From the human T2T-CHM13v2.0 reference genome, Homo sapiens, in contig CP086569.2 in NCBI GenBank assembly GCA_009914755.4, forward strand, positions 4,672,001-4,736,000: a DNA stretch of 64,000 nt. Direction: 5' to 3'. The stretch's first letter is position 1. Each line of letters opens with the position of its first letter. Shown here in pieces: positions 23,871 through 38,715 of this stretch. A program made the translations under genes and the position numbers. The notes below the pieces were generated by a model that saw only the letters and a list, made by a program, of their open reading frames with translations, ran no database searches and was not told the DNA's origin.

Positions 23871-26592
23871 TGTCCTGTCACATCTTTCACCACAGTAAAA
23901 GGGCTTATGTACATTTTTTTAAATCACATGTATAATGATCATATAGCCCAAAATAGTCCAGTGTTAAAACTAGTTTTGGTTATAGATTTGAATGGTAAAT
24001 ACCAAACTAATGTGTGTTAAATAGTAAAACGGTGACTCTTTTTCAACAAATTAAAGACATAAAAATACTAACTCATTAACTAATTTTCTGAATGAAACTT
24101 AAATTTTATAAAGCAATGTTACATATGTTATAACATTTACCTTCTTGAATGTTAGGGACGTCTCCTACATGAGGTTTTATGCTACAATTTAAACTTTAAA
24201 TTTTACGGAAATATCACTATAATACCTTACTGCAACTTAGATCTCTCTTGAATCCAAGAAGTTTGTTTTGCAGAAATACTGTAAGAACAGTTTTATAGTC
24301 ATCTTAATTTTTGTAGCAGGTCCCTATGACTTAAGACCCCAAAATACATTAAGGTAAAGTTTTAATGTTCCATAAACAATACCAATCATCCAATTTATGG
24401 AACTTATGTTTTGCTTATTTACAGAAAAATAAATATTTGCCCCATTTTAAATATTTTAAAGGTGTTTGCTCTATTGCTAAAAATGTCTAACACATTAGAC
24501 TTTTAATAGATTAATGGAATGGAGTTGTAAACTATTCTTCAGCAAACATACCTTTAAAGGTCATGCTGTTCTCAAAACATAAATTAACAAGTTTGGTTAA
24601 GTGCAAGGAAGTAGTATAAAAGCCAGCAACCTCAGTTATATTTTAGTCTTGTTATATTTGTTTGAATGAAAATTTATCTTACATAGCTATCTTTTTTTTC
24701 CAAAATGTAAAAGATTTTCCTTGTGAACAGACAGCATTTGATCTAACATAGTTATTGGTCTATTAATTTTTTGTGTGTTCTTTTCTACCAGAGCCATGTA
24801 TTCTTACTGCATAGTATACATTTTTAGAGTAAATTCTTTTAAGAAATAATTTGAACATCTTTAATTTTCAGAGAAAATTTTAGGTGTAGTTTTTTTAATT
24901 GCATAACTATTTGAAACTACTATATAGATAAATTTTGAAATTTTAGTAATGTGGTGAAAAAATTCAATGAGAAAGAATCTCCTTGATTCAGAAGCTACTG
25001 AAGACAAACAAGTAAAGTTGGAAACTGTTAAAGGACTAAAAGGGCAGAAAAATTGTCAATATCATTTTCTTATCTCTTCTAGATATAGCTGACTTGATAA
25101 ACTGATTATTAAAAGTAACAAGTTCAAATAACTGAAAAACCCAAGTTCATTTTGAACCAAAGATTATGGTTAAAATACCAATGCCAAATTTACCAAAATA
25201 ATTACATTTTGCATACTGGATAATCATTATATATGTAGTTGGTACAAATTTATCCTTAGTTATCTATATCTTAGATGTCTACTTCTGTGCCTCTGTGAAG
25301 CAGGAGGTAGTCTAATTATTTCCATGGTATGAATATAGAAATTGAGACTTGCCTAAATGTACAAAGACAGTAAATGGCCACATCAGGGATCACACTCACA
25401 TCTTTTTCACTTCACAGTCCAGATTTTTAACCAGAATGCGAAATATAAATGTATTTTTGTTTATATTTTGAAATATCATTTAACTATATTAATAATTACT
25501 ATGCACATAAACTTTTCAATTTCTTTTTAGATAAATGTTTTATATTATATCCATTTCTCAGCTTTATTAACTGTGTTAGGAGTGCAGAACACCGTGCCTT
25601 GAGGAAACATAAAAGTACATCAGTTAAACTGAATATTAAGGTTTTTCTTCTTTCTTCTGGACAGCTTAATTGTAGGAGAAATATTCTACCTATAAAATTG
25701 CCTGTCGTTAACAATTCAGTAACAGCCTGGTGAATGTGAACACACACACTTTAAGTGTCTAATTTAAAACTAGATTTTCTCCTTTGATAATTCTACTTTT
25801 GTTGTAGATTATATAATGAGTTTAAGCAAATTAAAATTATAGATGGCTTGTGATCTTTCTCATCAAAGATGATTGCATTTTTGTTTCACTTGTATTAGAA
25901 ATTTGACAGATTTGATCTAGAGGCATGTACAGTTTTGATTTTTAATGGATTTGCTTGGACAATCTCAAGTTAAAATAAGAACTTTCAATTCTAGTCTCTG
26001 TTCAGAAATCCTGACTCATAATACTGAGATAAATACTGGAGGGATAAAATGTCTCTCAGCATTAAATAACTAAATAACATTTGTTTGAACTGTGAAGGGA
26101 GAATTGAGTTTATTTATAATCCATCTGCATAATACATCTAGTTGAATCAATCAATTATTTTAACTGATTTTCTTCCAAATTAACTGCTGGTTTTATTTTT
26201 ATGTGGACATTAGCCTTATTGTCCAAAAAACTCACTCTATATTTCTACTTAAGACAATTAAAATGCAGCAATTCCTTATTCTTTAATCATATCCTTAGGG
26301 TATTTAGTCAGAATGGAATATTATGAGTCAAAGATATTGATCAGAAGTCAGTCAAAATTTAAAATATCTTCTCTTGGATTTATTTTCTTCAAAACTATTA
26401 TCATGCAATAATGATGCAAATGAAGTACAGACAAAAACATAGATGAACACAGATGCATTTGCTTGATAAGTACAGACAAGGAAACAGCATGGTAGAAATT
26501 TGCCCAACTAGACTTTCATTCTAGTAGCTAAGCTTTATACTTTTTTTCTTAACTTGATATTTTAAAAACTTGAAAAAAAGAAAAGAATCAGC

Positions 26593-26782
26593 ATCACTTC
26601 TCAGCCTTTTGGCTAAGATAGAGTGTAGTATCTGTTCCTATCAGTTTAATATCTGATGTATCCTCTGTCCGAGGACAATATATTACATGGATTTTTGGAG
26701 CAGGGAGATGGAATAGGAGCATGCTCTGTCCACTCCACACATTGACCTGGTATTGCAGTACCTCCAAGAACGGTGTTCCCCT
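26593..26782 (+). pseudogene. U2 spliceosomal snRNA pseudogene (full length, about 188 nt, diverged)
   Basis: 'atcacttctcagccttttggctaagatagagtgtagtatctgttcctatcagtttaatatctgat...ccgaggacaatatattacatggatttttggagcagggagatggaataggagc..gctc.gtccactccac.cat.gacctggtattgcagtacctcca.gaacggtg..ccc' aligns end to end with human U2 'ATCGCTTCTCGGCCTTTTGGCTAAGATCAAGTGTAGTATCTGTTCTTATCAGTTTAATATCTGATA...'. More than 15 substitutions mark it as a pseudogene. Confidence 0.85.
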
Positions 26783-26806
26783 CGGGGGTTAAAACACAGT
26801 GTTACG

Positions 26807-27231
<425 letters not shown>

Positions 27232-28680
27232 TTAGAAACTATGTTTCTCTTGCTAATATTCAGTATCACTTTGTTACTTGAAAATTCTACTTTTCACAGA
27301 AAACAACCTATTTTTGTAGGACTTAGGTTGTCTTCCTGCTGTTAGGATATAATACCACTAGATAGCAGTGAGGTTGTAAGAACTCATTTCTTGTTGGAAT
27401 GTATTTTACTCAGACATGGATTATTTCTTCCTTTAATATATATAATATACATAATTTCTGAAATTATATAATAAATCATAAAATGTTTATATTCAAAATA
27501 TACTTTTAGAAATGAAGACTTAGGTCACATTTATTCTGTTTTCCTTATCATATATCATCAGTTAATACTTAATGAAACCCTACCCTTCACCAGAGATTTT
27601 GAATAGCTTATTTTTTACCTACTCCATATTTTCTATTTTCCAGAATTATCTCTTGAAAAAACTCATACATGCATAATTGAAATTAAAATTTTAGGATATT
27701 CCACAAAGTTGAATAGAGGTTTTAACTAAATCCATGACCTCCTAAACACAAATCTTTTTTTTCACTGACATTAAAAAAAGTGTATCTATAGATAAAATTT
27801 CTGTTATCCTTCAATTAATAATAAATCACAAACATACATAATTCTGTTAAGTAAAAGACCACATGTCTATTGAGGAATTGTACTAGGCTCACAAGAGTGA
27901 GTGTGAGATGATTACTAAGAGACTGTTTGCTATGAACAGTAAAACGCATTTTTTTGGTATAATGTGATATATGATATAAATGAGCTTGATAAGGTTGTTT
28001 AAAGATTCACAAAAGAAAGTAGATTTCTGGCCTTTCACTTGATTTACTATGAATTTCTGCAAAACTACTGAGTTTCCTGGTTGTGAAATAAAAATAATGA
28101 CTCTTTAACAATTTGTCTGACTGTGCAAATGAGTGATAAAACTTGAATAAAAATGTATTATTCAGAGTAGAACTGAAAGGTGTGAGGCTCTAGATGTTAA
28201 ACATTTATATTCATAAATTATCATAAACACTGAACAATGATATGTGTTCATAAGTAAATAAATAAGTTTTTTAAATTAGGTGTTACATATAACTTATAAA
28301 ACCAGATGAGATGCCACATAACAGAGTTGTATATTTTCTACACATTTTGCAAGTGCACTTATAAAGATATATGTCTATTATTCATATATTAGACATTAGT
28401 ATTTATGGAGAGGCATAGGTGGATACATATGTCCATATATTCTTGCTTAGACAAATGGCAATATAATCATTATACATATGTTCCTAAATAAAAATTTTGC
28501 ATTTATCGTGTATACTAATCAAGGAATAACAAACTAGATCATTTAAGGTTTCATTTACAGAATCAATTCCAAATATCTTTTATTGCTTTGACACTAGTAG
28601 CATTTTGACTCCTTTAGTACACCCTACAGCATTCCAGGTTAGGGGAGTTAAAAGGTCCGAGAAAGTTGCCAGGTTCACAT

Positions 28681-28740
28681 AGTAGGGAGATTGAACTGAT
28701 AGTAGGGAGATTGAACTGATAGTAGGGAGTTTCAACTGAT
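28681..28740. repeat. Tandem repeat, 3 x 20 bp ('agtagggagattgaactgat')
   Basis: Three head-to-tail copies; the third differs at 2 positions (a..t to t..c). It lies immediately 5' of an Alu. Confidence 0.9.
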
Positions 28741-28759
28741 ACCTCATTAAGGTTTTTGT

Positions 28760-29054
<295 letters not shown>

Positions 29055-29857
29055 ATATTTTTACATAACAATTTTCACACTCTTCCATTTTCTCTCCACT
29101 TTCTCTTTTCCTTCTACTCTCTTTTTTCCTTCTTCCATTGAATTTTCACTACTCTTTCTTCATAAAGTAAGTTGTTGAAAGATTAAATATTTTACTGCAG
29201 TTCACTCTGTTTTCTACTTCCATTCTTCTACAAGTAGGCCTCTATGTCAAAAAATAATCAGTTTGAAAATCTCCTTTATTATTCTGTTTTTAAGCATCTC
29301 TTTGTCTAAAAGTAAAAACAAAACGTACAATTAGGAATATGTGCTTTGGCTCTTTAAGGCAACTGCTTGCCCCATACTCTGACTTTAGCCCTCAATTGTC
29401 TTGGAGATGCACAGTAAAAGGATATATGCCTAGGAGAATAAGGCTTTGATGTACTGTATATCTAAATGTTGTCTGACAAAATTAACACAGAAAACTATGG
29501 ATATTTTTTCTTAGCGTTTGGAACAAACATGATACATAATAGATTATTTTGCTGTAATTAAAATGATTTTCTATGTCTAAGTTAATGTTCATGTACCTAG
29601 TTTTGGTTGTTTCCACTTAGCAGGTGAGGTAGCAATTGCTTTCTTTTGAAAATTTAGACCCTTTCTACTGCTATCATTGACTTTGGAAAAAAGGCAAAAC
29701 CAAAGGCAAATTAACCCTGTAATAAATATATTCAGTTGATCATTCATGTTAAGATACTTGATGGCTTACATTTAATATTAGGGATATTTATTTTACATTC
29801 AAAAGTTATTCATTTTTACTTAAAACATAGAAATGCTGTTTTTTAAAAAAAGGTTTA

Positions 29858-30178
<321 letters not shown>

Positions 30179-31907
30179 TCAAGTAAAATGATTTAAATAA
30201 GAAGGGCAGTTACTTATTCAACTCAAAAGAATTTAAAAGGAAACATAAAGGATTTTAAACAGCAGTATTCATTTTCTGCCTTTGTTAGTCAACAAAAAAG
30301 AGGGTCTTGAGTCATAATGCAGACAAAAGGTAACATCGGCTGCATATTGTGCCTGAATAATGGAGATTTCTTCAACAGAAACTGTTTGAAAAACATTTGC
30401 ATGGAAGTAGTAGATTGCCTTTGATTATATTCAAGGGGAAGGAAATAGCCAAGCATGATTTTCCAGAATAAGGTAAACTTTTCTTTCATTAGTGAAAGTT
30501 ATATTTTTGGAGTGATATAAACACTTTAAAACACTTTATACACAAAGTGAATTCATATAGATAAATTACATATTTTAAAACCAGAAATATTTTCACATTA
30601 AAGCTGAAATTATACATGATATGAATGCAGTATTAGTTACTAATGATTTGTTTTGCAGAAAGATTCTTCATTGTGTAAATGAATTCATCATAGACTCCAA
30701 ATATCAAGCTCTCAGAATGTGTTAAAAATGGCATTTGTTATCAGTCCTCCAGGTGTTACATATGACTCCCAGTCACACTTAGATGACAGTATATGTGAAA
30801 GATGCTTAGGAGAGGCAAGAGTCTGAAAGGCCAACATATATTAAATAACTTTATTTAAATGAAACAATAAAATCCTGATTGATTTGAAAGCACACTGATG
30901 CATTATTAATGCACTTTCTTGAAGAATTGGTCTCGAGAGAAAATGCTTCACTGAAATAATTCAGGAAACTGCCCTTATGGCAAGTGGGGCAGATTCTCTT
31001 CCTGTCCTTCATAGCATTCTATATGTTTAAGGAGCAATGCTGACAATCATACACATGCATCTGCATGCACACATTAGAAGAGATGGAGTAACATGTCTAT
31101 CTAAGTTGTTGTTGGCAATCTGTGTTCCCCCTCAGTGGAAATCTTTCAAATTAAATTTGGGCAATTTTCTTTATGTAGATACTAGAAAAGGATTCTCTCT
31201 CAGCTCATATTTGTGTGTCTTTTGTCATTTTTTCTTCACAGTTATGGTTACCTATGCTAGTACAGTATGCTGCACATAATTTAGATCAATTAATTCTGTT
31301 GACTAAAATACACCTTTTTGGATCCCCTGTTTCCTGCTTCTCACCACCACACATTGTCTTGTCTGCTGTGCTTTTAACAGCTCTCAAATAAGAAATTTAT
31401 CTTTGCATATTTAAACATCCTACTCCTCACCCCATATTAAAGTTACATTATTAAGAAGGCCCACACATTCTGATAATTTCCATATATTTATTAATGCCCA
31501 CCTGCATGAAATAATTTTTCCTGCACATTTAGTTTTGTGCTTTTCCCAGATATTTGGAATAAATCTTTACTTATTGATGTAGTGATTTGTATGGAGAATT
31601 GCATATTAGTGGAAAGTCTGACTAAATATCTATATAGAATATATGATGTCGGACTACATGAAATTTCTATTTTTCAGGTCAAAATTGGTTAAATATCAGC
31701 AATTTTATCTATTTCAACCAGTAAACAAAGGTCACAGTTCAGATGTACTGAAACAGAGAAAATCATAATTATCGGTGGAACTATCTTCTGAATTTCTCCT
31801 CACATCTGCAGATTTGTCCGGACAATTACTTAGTCTTAAGTAAAAATTAGTGTTGGAGAAGTCTTTATGAATAATGCATACTTCTGGAGGAAGTGAGATT
31901 TGATCAC

Positions 31908-31934
31908 TTCTCAGCCTTTTGGCTAAGATAAAAT
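31908..31934 (+). pseudogene. Short U2 snRNA-derived fragment (first ~27 nt of U2)
   Basis: 'atcacttctcagccttttggctaagat' is identical to the first 27 nt of the 26593 pseudogene and differs from canonical U2 only by G>A at the two CpG positions. Similarity ends after 'gat'. Confidence 0.6.
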
Positions 31935-32534
31935 GAAAGTCAGTTTATAAAGTTGAGACTTCTGATTTAATGTTAATATGAGTTCCTGAAAAATGAAACA
32001 CAGTTCTATTAATGCCTCAGTACAAATTACCCAATTATGCAACATAAATTTCAATTAAATGTAGCATCAAGTAAATCTATTTTCCTATTCAATTACTTAT
32101 TGAATGAATACGCATTTTTCTAATAAGATAGGCATTTGGATCAAATGTTAGCATTTTTTGTTTCTGCAGATTTATTGTGTCTGCAATTTAATATGGATTA
32201 TAGAAACATACGGAATGAAGCCTCCGTATAATTGTTTATCCCATTATCAGAAATTTTGCAAAATTTGATTCCTGAGAAAAAGGTAAATTAAAACCATTTG
32301 CCATCAGTTATCTTTTTCATTTTTTTTTCTAAACTCGGATTTCAAACAGAAGAGCTCTTTTTTGGGTGATGTCCTTAATAATTACAATCTAGATTCTGAT
32401 TCCAAAACTTTACTAAGTTTTATTTAGGTTAGTGTAAGTGAAAAAAAACATATTTTGTATTGTTTAAAGTCTGTGTAGTAGCTAAGAGCTTAAGCTTTCG
32501 ACTCATATAAATCTTCTTTCAAATTTTAGTTGTA

Positions 32535-32712
32535 TACCTTAATAGGTCTGTGACCTTGGGCAAGTTATTGAAACTTTTAGAGTCTCAATTCCCTCATATG
32601 TAAACGGAAGTCACAATAACAGTGCATGTATCATAAGACTGCTGTATTAAATGCACTTATCACAGTTCTTGGCATGTAATAAGAATTCAATAAATGGTAG
32701 CTACTATTATTC
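32535..32712 (+). mobile_element. MIR SINE (core plus 3' region)
   Basis: 'gtgaccttgggcaagttattgaaacttttagagtctcaattccctcatatgtaaacgg...aataacagtgcatgtatcataagactgctgtattaaatgcacttatcacagttcttggcatgtaataagaattcaataaatggtagctactattatt' versus the MIR 3' consensus '...gcgcttagcacagtgcctggcacatagtaagcgctcaataaatgttagctattattatt'. Confidence 0.8.
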
Positions 32713-34481
32713 TAATAACTGATTACATTCTTTGGAAATTGTATTAAGTTGACCCCAGCTGCTTAGTGAATCACTGTATTTGTCAGCATAGTAATTTGCA
32801 GAAACATGGATCTGTATTTCCTTTATATATATTTTTAATAGGATTAGGACTTGCAGGAGTTTGCTAGTGTGTATATGATCTTGGCAGCAGGAATCCAAAT
32901 AGCCTGAGTAGAAAACTGAATTTTCCCACATTTTTTCAATCACATATGGATAGAGATAATCCCCACTGTTGGCTAAATTGTGGAAGTTTTATGCTTCTTG
33001 TATTGGTGGCCTTGCTGGCAACAGTAGTCTACAAATAAAGAATATTGTTTCTTAGTAGCTTAAGCAATGTTAACATTGTGATACATTCTCTCTTTTTACC
33101 AAATAAGTCTTTTCAAACTCTTAGCAAAATTAAACATTTTAAAAAATCATCGAGTTAATTAAAAGAATATTGTATCCTTAAAATATGCCATTTTAATGGA
33201 AATTTTTTTTTGTCAGTGAGAATATGATTTATTTACAATAATGCCACAAAATATGAAGTGGCAGTTTTATATTTCAAGTGGTTCTGGTCATTTTTAATTA
33301 ACCGGAGAGGAAGTGAGAAAAAAATAAAGACTGTTTAAAATATAATTAATTAGATTAAAATTTTAACTTTTGTTTATACAGTCTTTAGTAATGTATTTAT
33401 TGGCTTTTCTGAGGAATCTGGTATTTCTGAGGAAATTCTATTTTTAAATACATGCTACTTTAAATAAATGTTACTTCATCATTTGCAAATGACTATTCAA
33501 TCAACATGTATAAAAGTTGTGGATTTCTTTGCTTTTATGACAAAAGTGGTATTGTATTTTTAAACTGATCACTTTATTAGGTCAGAGAGGGTATAGTTCA
33601 ACGTGTAATTATTTATTGTTAAATTGTATATTTACAAACATTTTAGTTTTGAACCATTAGATGTTTATGTAATTTAAGTATGAAAGTTTAAAAATGGTTC
33701 ATATAATAATAGGCATGTGATAAAATGTCATGATAAAAGACAGCCAAATAAATATTATTTCATCCTATTTAGAAAGAATAATTTTCCAGAGGAACTTTAC
33801 TCAGTTTTAGAGAGAAATCCAAGAATAGTGTTCTTCTTTCATTTTTCAACATGATATAATCAGAGAATTTGGAAAACTGGTAAATATAACCTATAGTAAA
33901 ATGGTCAGGAAAAATACTCATTTCCATTTATGATAACTGAAGTGACAAAAAGACTCCTAGAAGTTACATTTTCCCTTTGTGGTATATTAAAGAACAATGA
34001 ATATACCACACTTTATTCTAAAAAGGACTTTTTTTGTGAATGTAAAGGATAATGATCAGATTTAAGTTTCTTTCTACAACCACTTCTAATTCTATTCACG
34101 TGATCTATTTAAAAATTCCTTACTTCAACATATTTAAATGTAGTAGCCATTTTGAAACATTTTAGTCCCGCAAGACACAGAAATATACAAAAAAACATAC
34201 AAGTTTCAGATCCAGAATTCAGTTTCTCCCTAAAGGGAAATTCATCATCCAATCTTCTGGCGTTCTTTAAACTAGACACTAGACCCTTTTCATCTAGATA
34301 TTGCATATCTCATATATATTATACATACATACATGTATGTGTATGCATGTATTTTTAAAATCAGTATTTGTAGTAACATATCAAAAAGGAATTTCTAATA
34401 TTCCAAGGTTCTAATGTTAGAATAGAAACATATTCACAATAGTGTTTATCAGTTTCATGTATTTAGAGTAGTTTCACACTA

Positions 34482-34790
<309 letters not shown>

Positions 34791-36017
34791 TTAAAATAAG
34801 TTATTAGGACAAAAAAGATATAGGGCAAAATAAATAGAATGCTTACCCACCTCAAATAAAAAGAAAATAATATTTGTTAATATGAAGGTGATACTGGATA
34901 AGTGAAGTGCCTAGGACTTTTTTCTTAAATAATCTAGTATATTTTATGTGAATAAGGGACTATAAAGTAGGGAGATCAGCAGGACTGTAAAAGTGGGTGT
35001 GGGAGAAGAAAGTTTGCTAGTCAAACTTGATTTAAATTGACTGCCTTTGTAATAGCATGTGGCTGAATGTTTTGATCTATTTATAATGAATATTTTAAGG
35101 ATTTGCTAATTTTTGAAAATTGGCAAGAAATACTCATTTTTTTCCTGTCTTGAGGTATGCCAAAAATAAAACTTGCTAGAATAAAAAAAAATGAAAGTGA
35201 AGGAATGTCTTGTGTGTGCTAAAACACCTCCACTTAAAGAGTTTGATATCCACTAGAAAATGTTGTTTCTTTAAAAAGGGGATAAAGGGCATTTGATGCT
35301 TCTCACCTTTCACAGTTGTGACAATTCTCTTAGACATCTTAAATTCTCTAAGTGGAGATTTCTTATATTCTTCACAGTACACCTGTTTAAAAATTGTAGT
35401 CCACAGAAATCTGAAACTACAAAAGAAACTTTTCTCAAGATGATAACTCTCAAGGAGTGTAAATTACAGTTACTTCATTTGTGGGAGTTTTCCTATCACT
35501 TTTCAATTAATAAGACACCCTGGTTATGGGAATTTTAGTCTCACTGAAAAACTCAATTGTTCTATGCAAATTAAATTTGCGTATGCAAGTTACAATTTGA
35601 GTTTAAGCTTAGGCCTACGATGATGGAGGGATAACAGGCAAACTGGAATGTGGTACTTGACCATACTTAGTCAGTGCAGGAAAAACAACAAAAAAATCTT
35701 CAGAAACTTTCTTACCATTGACAGGGGCTAGTGTCGATATTCCTTGTGGTTTTCCCTTATTGACTGTATCTACACCATCACATAGCAAAATGTACACAAC
35801 AGCAGAAAGTAGACATTTTACTCATAGTTTCTGCAAAATCTGAATAAAGATAAAGTTTTTCTACCACAAATAATTCCAAAGATGTGGTCTTATAGATGTA
35901 TGCATTCTAAGGATCAGGGAAAGGCGGTGAAATAAAACTCTAAGTTGAACAAAATTCAAGTAGTTTATCTTTTAACAGAAATATCTCCATAAACCATATT
36001 GATATAAAGGTGAACAG

Positions 36018-36320
36018 GGGTTGGACACAGTGGCTGAAAGCCCATAATTCCAGTGTTTTGGGAGGCCAAAATGGGAGGATGGCTTGAGAATAGGAGTTGG
36101 AGACCAGCCTGGGCAACATAGAAAGACCTCATCTCTACAAAAAAAAAAAAAAAATAGCCAGGTCTGTTCATGTGTGCCTGTAGTCCTAGCTATTTGGGAG
36201 GCTGAGGTAGGAGGATTGGTCAAGCCCAGGAGTTGGAGGCTGTAGTGAGCTATGATCGTGCCACTGCACTTCAACCGGGGTGACAAAGCGAAAACCGTGT
36301 CTCTAAAAAAATTAAAAATA
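36018..36320 (+). mobile_element. Alu SINE (AluJ-like), flanked by a 12-bp TSD-like 'a(a/g)ggt(g/c)aacagg'
   Basis: 'ggttggacacagtggctgaaagcccataattccagtgttttgggaggccaaaatgggaggatggcttgagaataggagttggagaccagcctgggcaacatagaaagacctcatctctacaaaaaaa...'. The flanks are 'aaggtgaacagg' and 'gaggtcaacagg'. Confidence 0.9.
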
Positions 36321-36414
36321 AATAGAGGTCAACAGGAAGAATCAATAACTAAGGCAGCAACTGGAATTGACAAATTAATATCAATAAGCTTGAATCAACT
36401 AATGAGGATGGTTT

Positions 36415-36459
36415 TGTGTGTGTGTGTCTGTGGGGGGGAGACAGAGAGAGAGAGAGAAA
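36415..36459. repeat. Compound microsatellite (GT)n-(G)7-(GA)n
   Basis: 'tgtgtgtgtgtgtgtctgtgggggggagacagagagagagagagaa'. It drives the tail of ORF 36252-36473. Confidence 0.9.
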
Positions 36460-37172
36460 TATTGGTGAAGTAGTATTTTAATTCACCCACCAACATTCTA
36501 TTGGGTGGCCAAATTCATAGAGGTATTTTATTAGAATCAGAAATTTCAGAATTTTAGAATCTATATGTTAGCAAACTGTGTATTCATAGGTTCAAAAGAG
36601 GTTCACGACCTCTTGTTCCTCATAAATCATTCTAGGAGGAAAAAAATACTAACATAGCTGTAGCCCCTAAGTCATGAAGTGCATCTGACTGGTTCACAAA
36701 ATGTTAAATATAAAGGATTACAGCTTTTCAATTAAAAATTTTTTATGATAAACATTAATGGGAAAAAACACTTATTTCAATAAAATTTATGGAATTCATT
36801 ATTACTTTCAAAGAAATAACACCCTTATCTGTTAGCTCTGTCGATCCAGGGATGAAGGTTCAGCTAGAAAAATAACTTTAACCCATTATTGGACTGGTCT
36901 TTATTAAAGGCAGAGATATAACCCTAACTATCTCCCACTCTTCTGATTATGTATTTGTATTAAATACCTGATTATTTATTTAAAATTTATTTACTCAAAC
37001 TATGGAAACATTATTCAATTCTTCCTTTCTTTGCAAAGAAAGATTTTCTGGTCAAAATAATAAACGTTAATCCACAGAGGCAAAGCAAAAATAACAAAGA
37101 TCTCTGTAGATAATATTAACTTTTATTCAAATTTCACAGTTGTTAATAAATGTATATTCAAAAGGAATGTGT

Positions 37173-37545
<373 letters not shown>

Positions 37546-38559
37546 CTATCCACATCACATTATGAGGCTATCTACTTTCTCAAAGTATTTTGATCTTTGC
37601 TTCTAGATTAATAAAAAATGTAATAGTGGCTGAAGTATTTAAGGCACTCCCCTGGGACATGAAAAAAAATAATAAAATTTAGGTTATCTGGCACTGCCCA
37701 AATAATTGTATACAGAAAGTAAGAGAAAATTCATGTATGTTTGTGTTTATCTGCACTTACGGTAGTTGTTCTAAACTTTAGTCTTTAAATATAGAAGCCA
37801 ATATGGAAGGTTAAATAGATGATTAATGCTCATCCTTTATTAGAAGTCTCTTTAAGCATATCTTATTTCCACGTTGATCATATTTATCTTTAGTAAAATT
37901 ATAATTAACGTATAAGGTTTGTTTAATGGCTACAATTTCAGCTCATTTGTAATTAAAGTTTATCGCAAATAACTTTTATAATTAAGTAACTTATAAAATC
38001 TCAGATTAAAGTAAATTATATTACTTAGTCTCAACATTTTCTTATAAAACATATTCTTCTTCTGTCTTTGCCTTATCTGTTCTTGGCACTAACTTCTTCA
38101 GTCATTCACACTTCAAAAGCTTTGGACTATTTCCTCTTCCTTATACCCACATTGCAGATTAAACTTTAGACTTTTTTATCTTGCAATCTCTTTCTCTCCC
38201 AATCTTTCTTCCTACATCTTCCAGCTATTTATCAAAAACATTTAAAGAGCTACTTCTTTCATGAACCTCTTCTTAATTCCGTTACCTCAAAGTATTCACA
38301 TTCTTCGGTACTATCATATCACTTTGCTCTGTCCTTTGTCACTTAGCCTATTTAGTATAATAATTATCATCTACAAATCTTGTATTATCTCCCCCACTAC
38401 ATAAACTTAACATGTGCTTTATACACAGAGGGTGCTTAAAAAGTACAGATCAACTGGATGGATGAATGGATGGAAGAGGATGGAATATCTTAACAAAACA
38501 CATTTTCCTTAAGTAAATTCATGCATACTCCAAATAAAATACAGAATGTGAAGTATCTC

Positions 38560-38715
38560 TGAACTGTGCTGTTGAATATGGTAGCTACTAGCTACATGTG
38601 AGTATTTAAATTTTAATTTATTAAATTAAATTAAGAATTTAATTCCTCAGTCGCACTAGCCACATTTCAAGTGGTTAATAGGCACAAGCGGCTACCATAT
38701 TGGACCATGCAGATT
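38560..38715. mobile_element. Small palindromic (MITE-like) DNA-transposon relic, hAT-type
   Basis: Terminal inverted repeats 'ctgttgaatatggtagctactagc' and 'ggcacaagcggctaccatattggaccatgcag' (atatggtagc/gctaccatat), with an AT-rich centre 'tatttaaattttaatttattaaattaaattaag'. It resembles the family carrying '...cgcactagccacatttcaagtg...'; the exact name is uncertain. Confidence 0.5.

Noticed and set aside
28681-28740. Possible CRISPR-like repeat array (three identical 20-mers)
   Set aside because: The units are directly abutting with no spacers, there are only three of them, and they sit in primate DNA next to an Alu. This is a simple tandem repeat.
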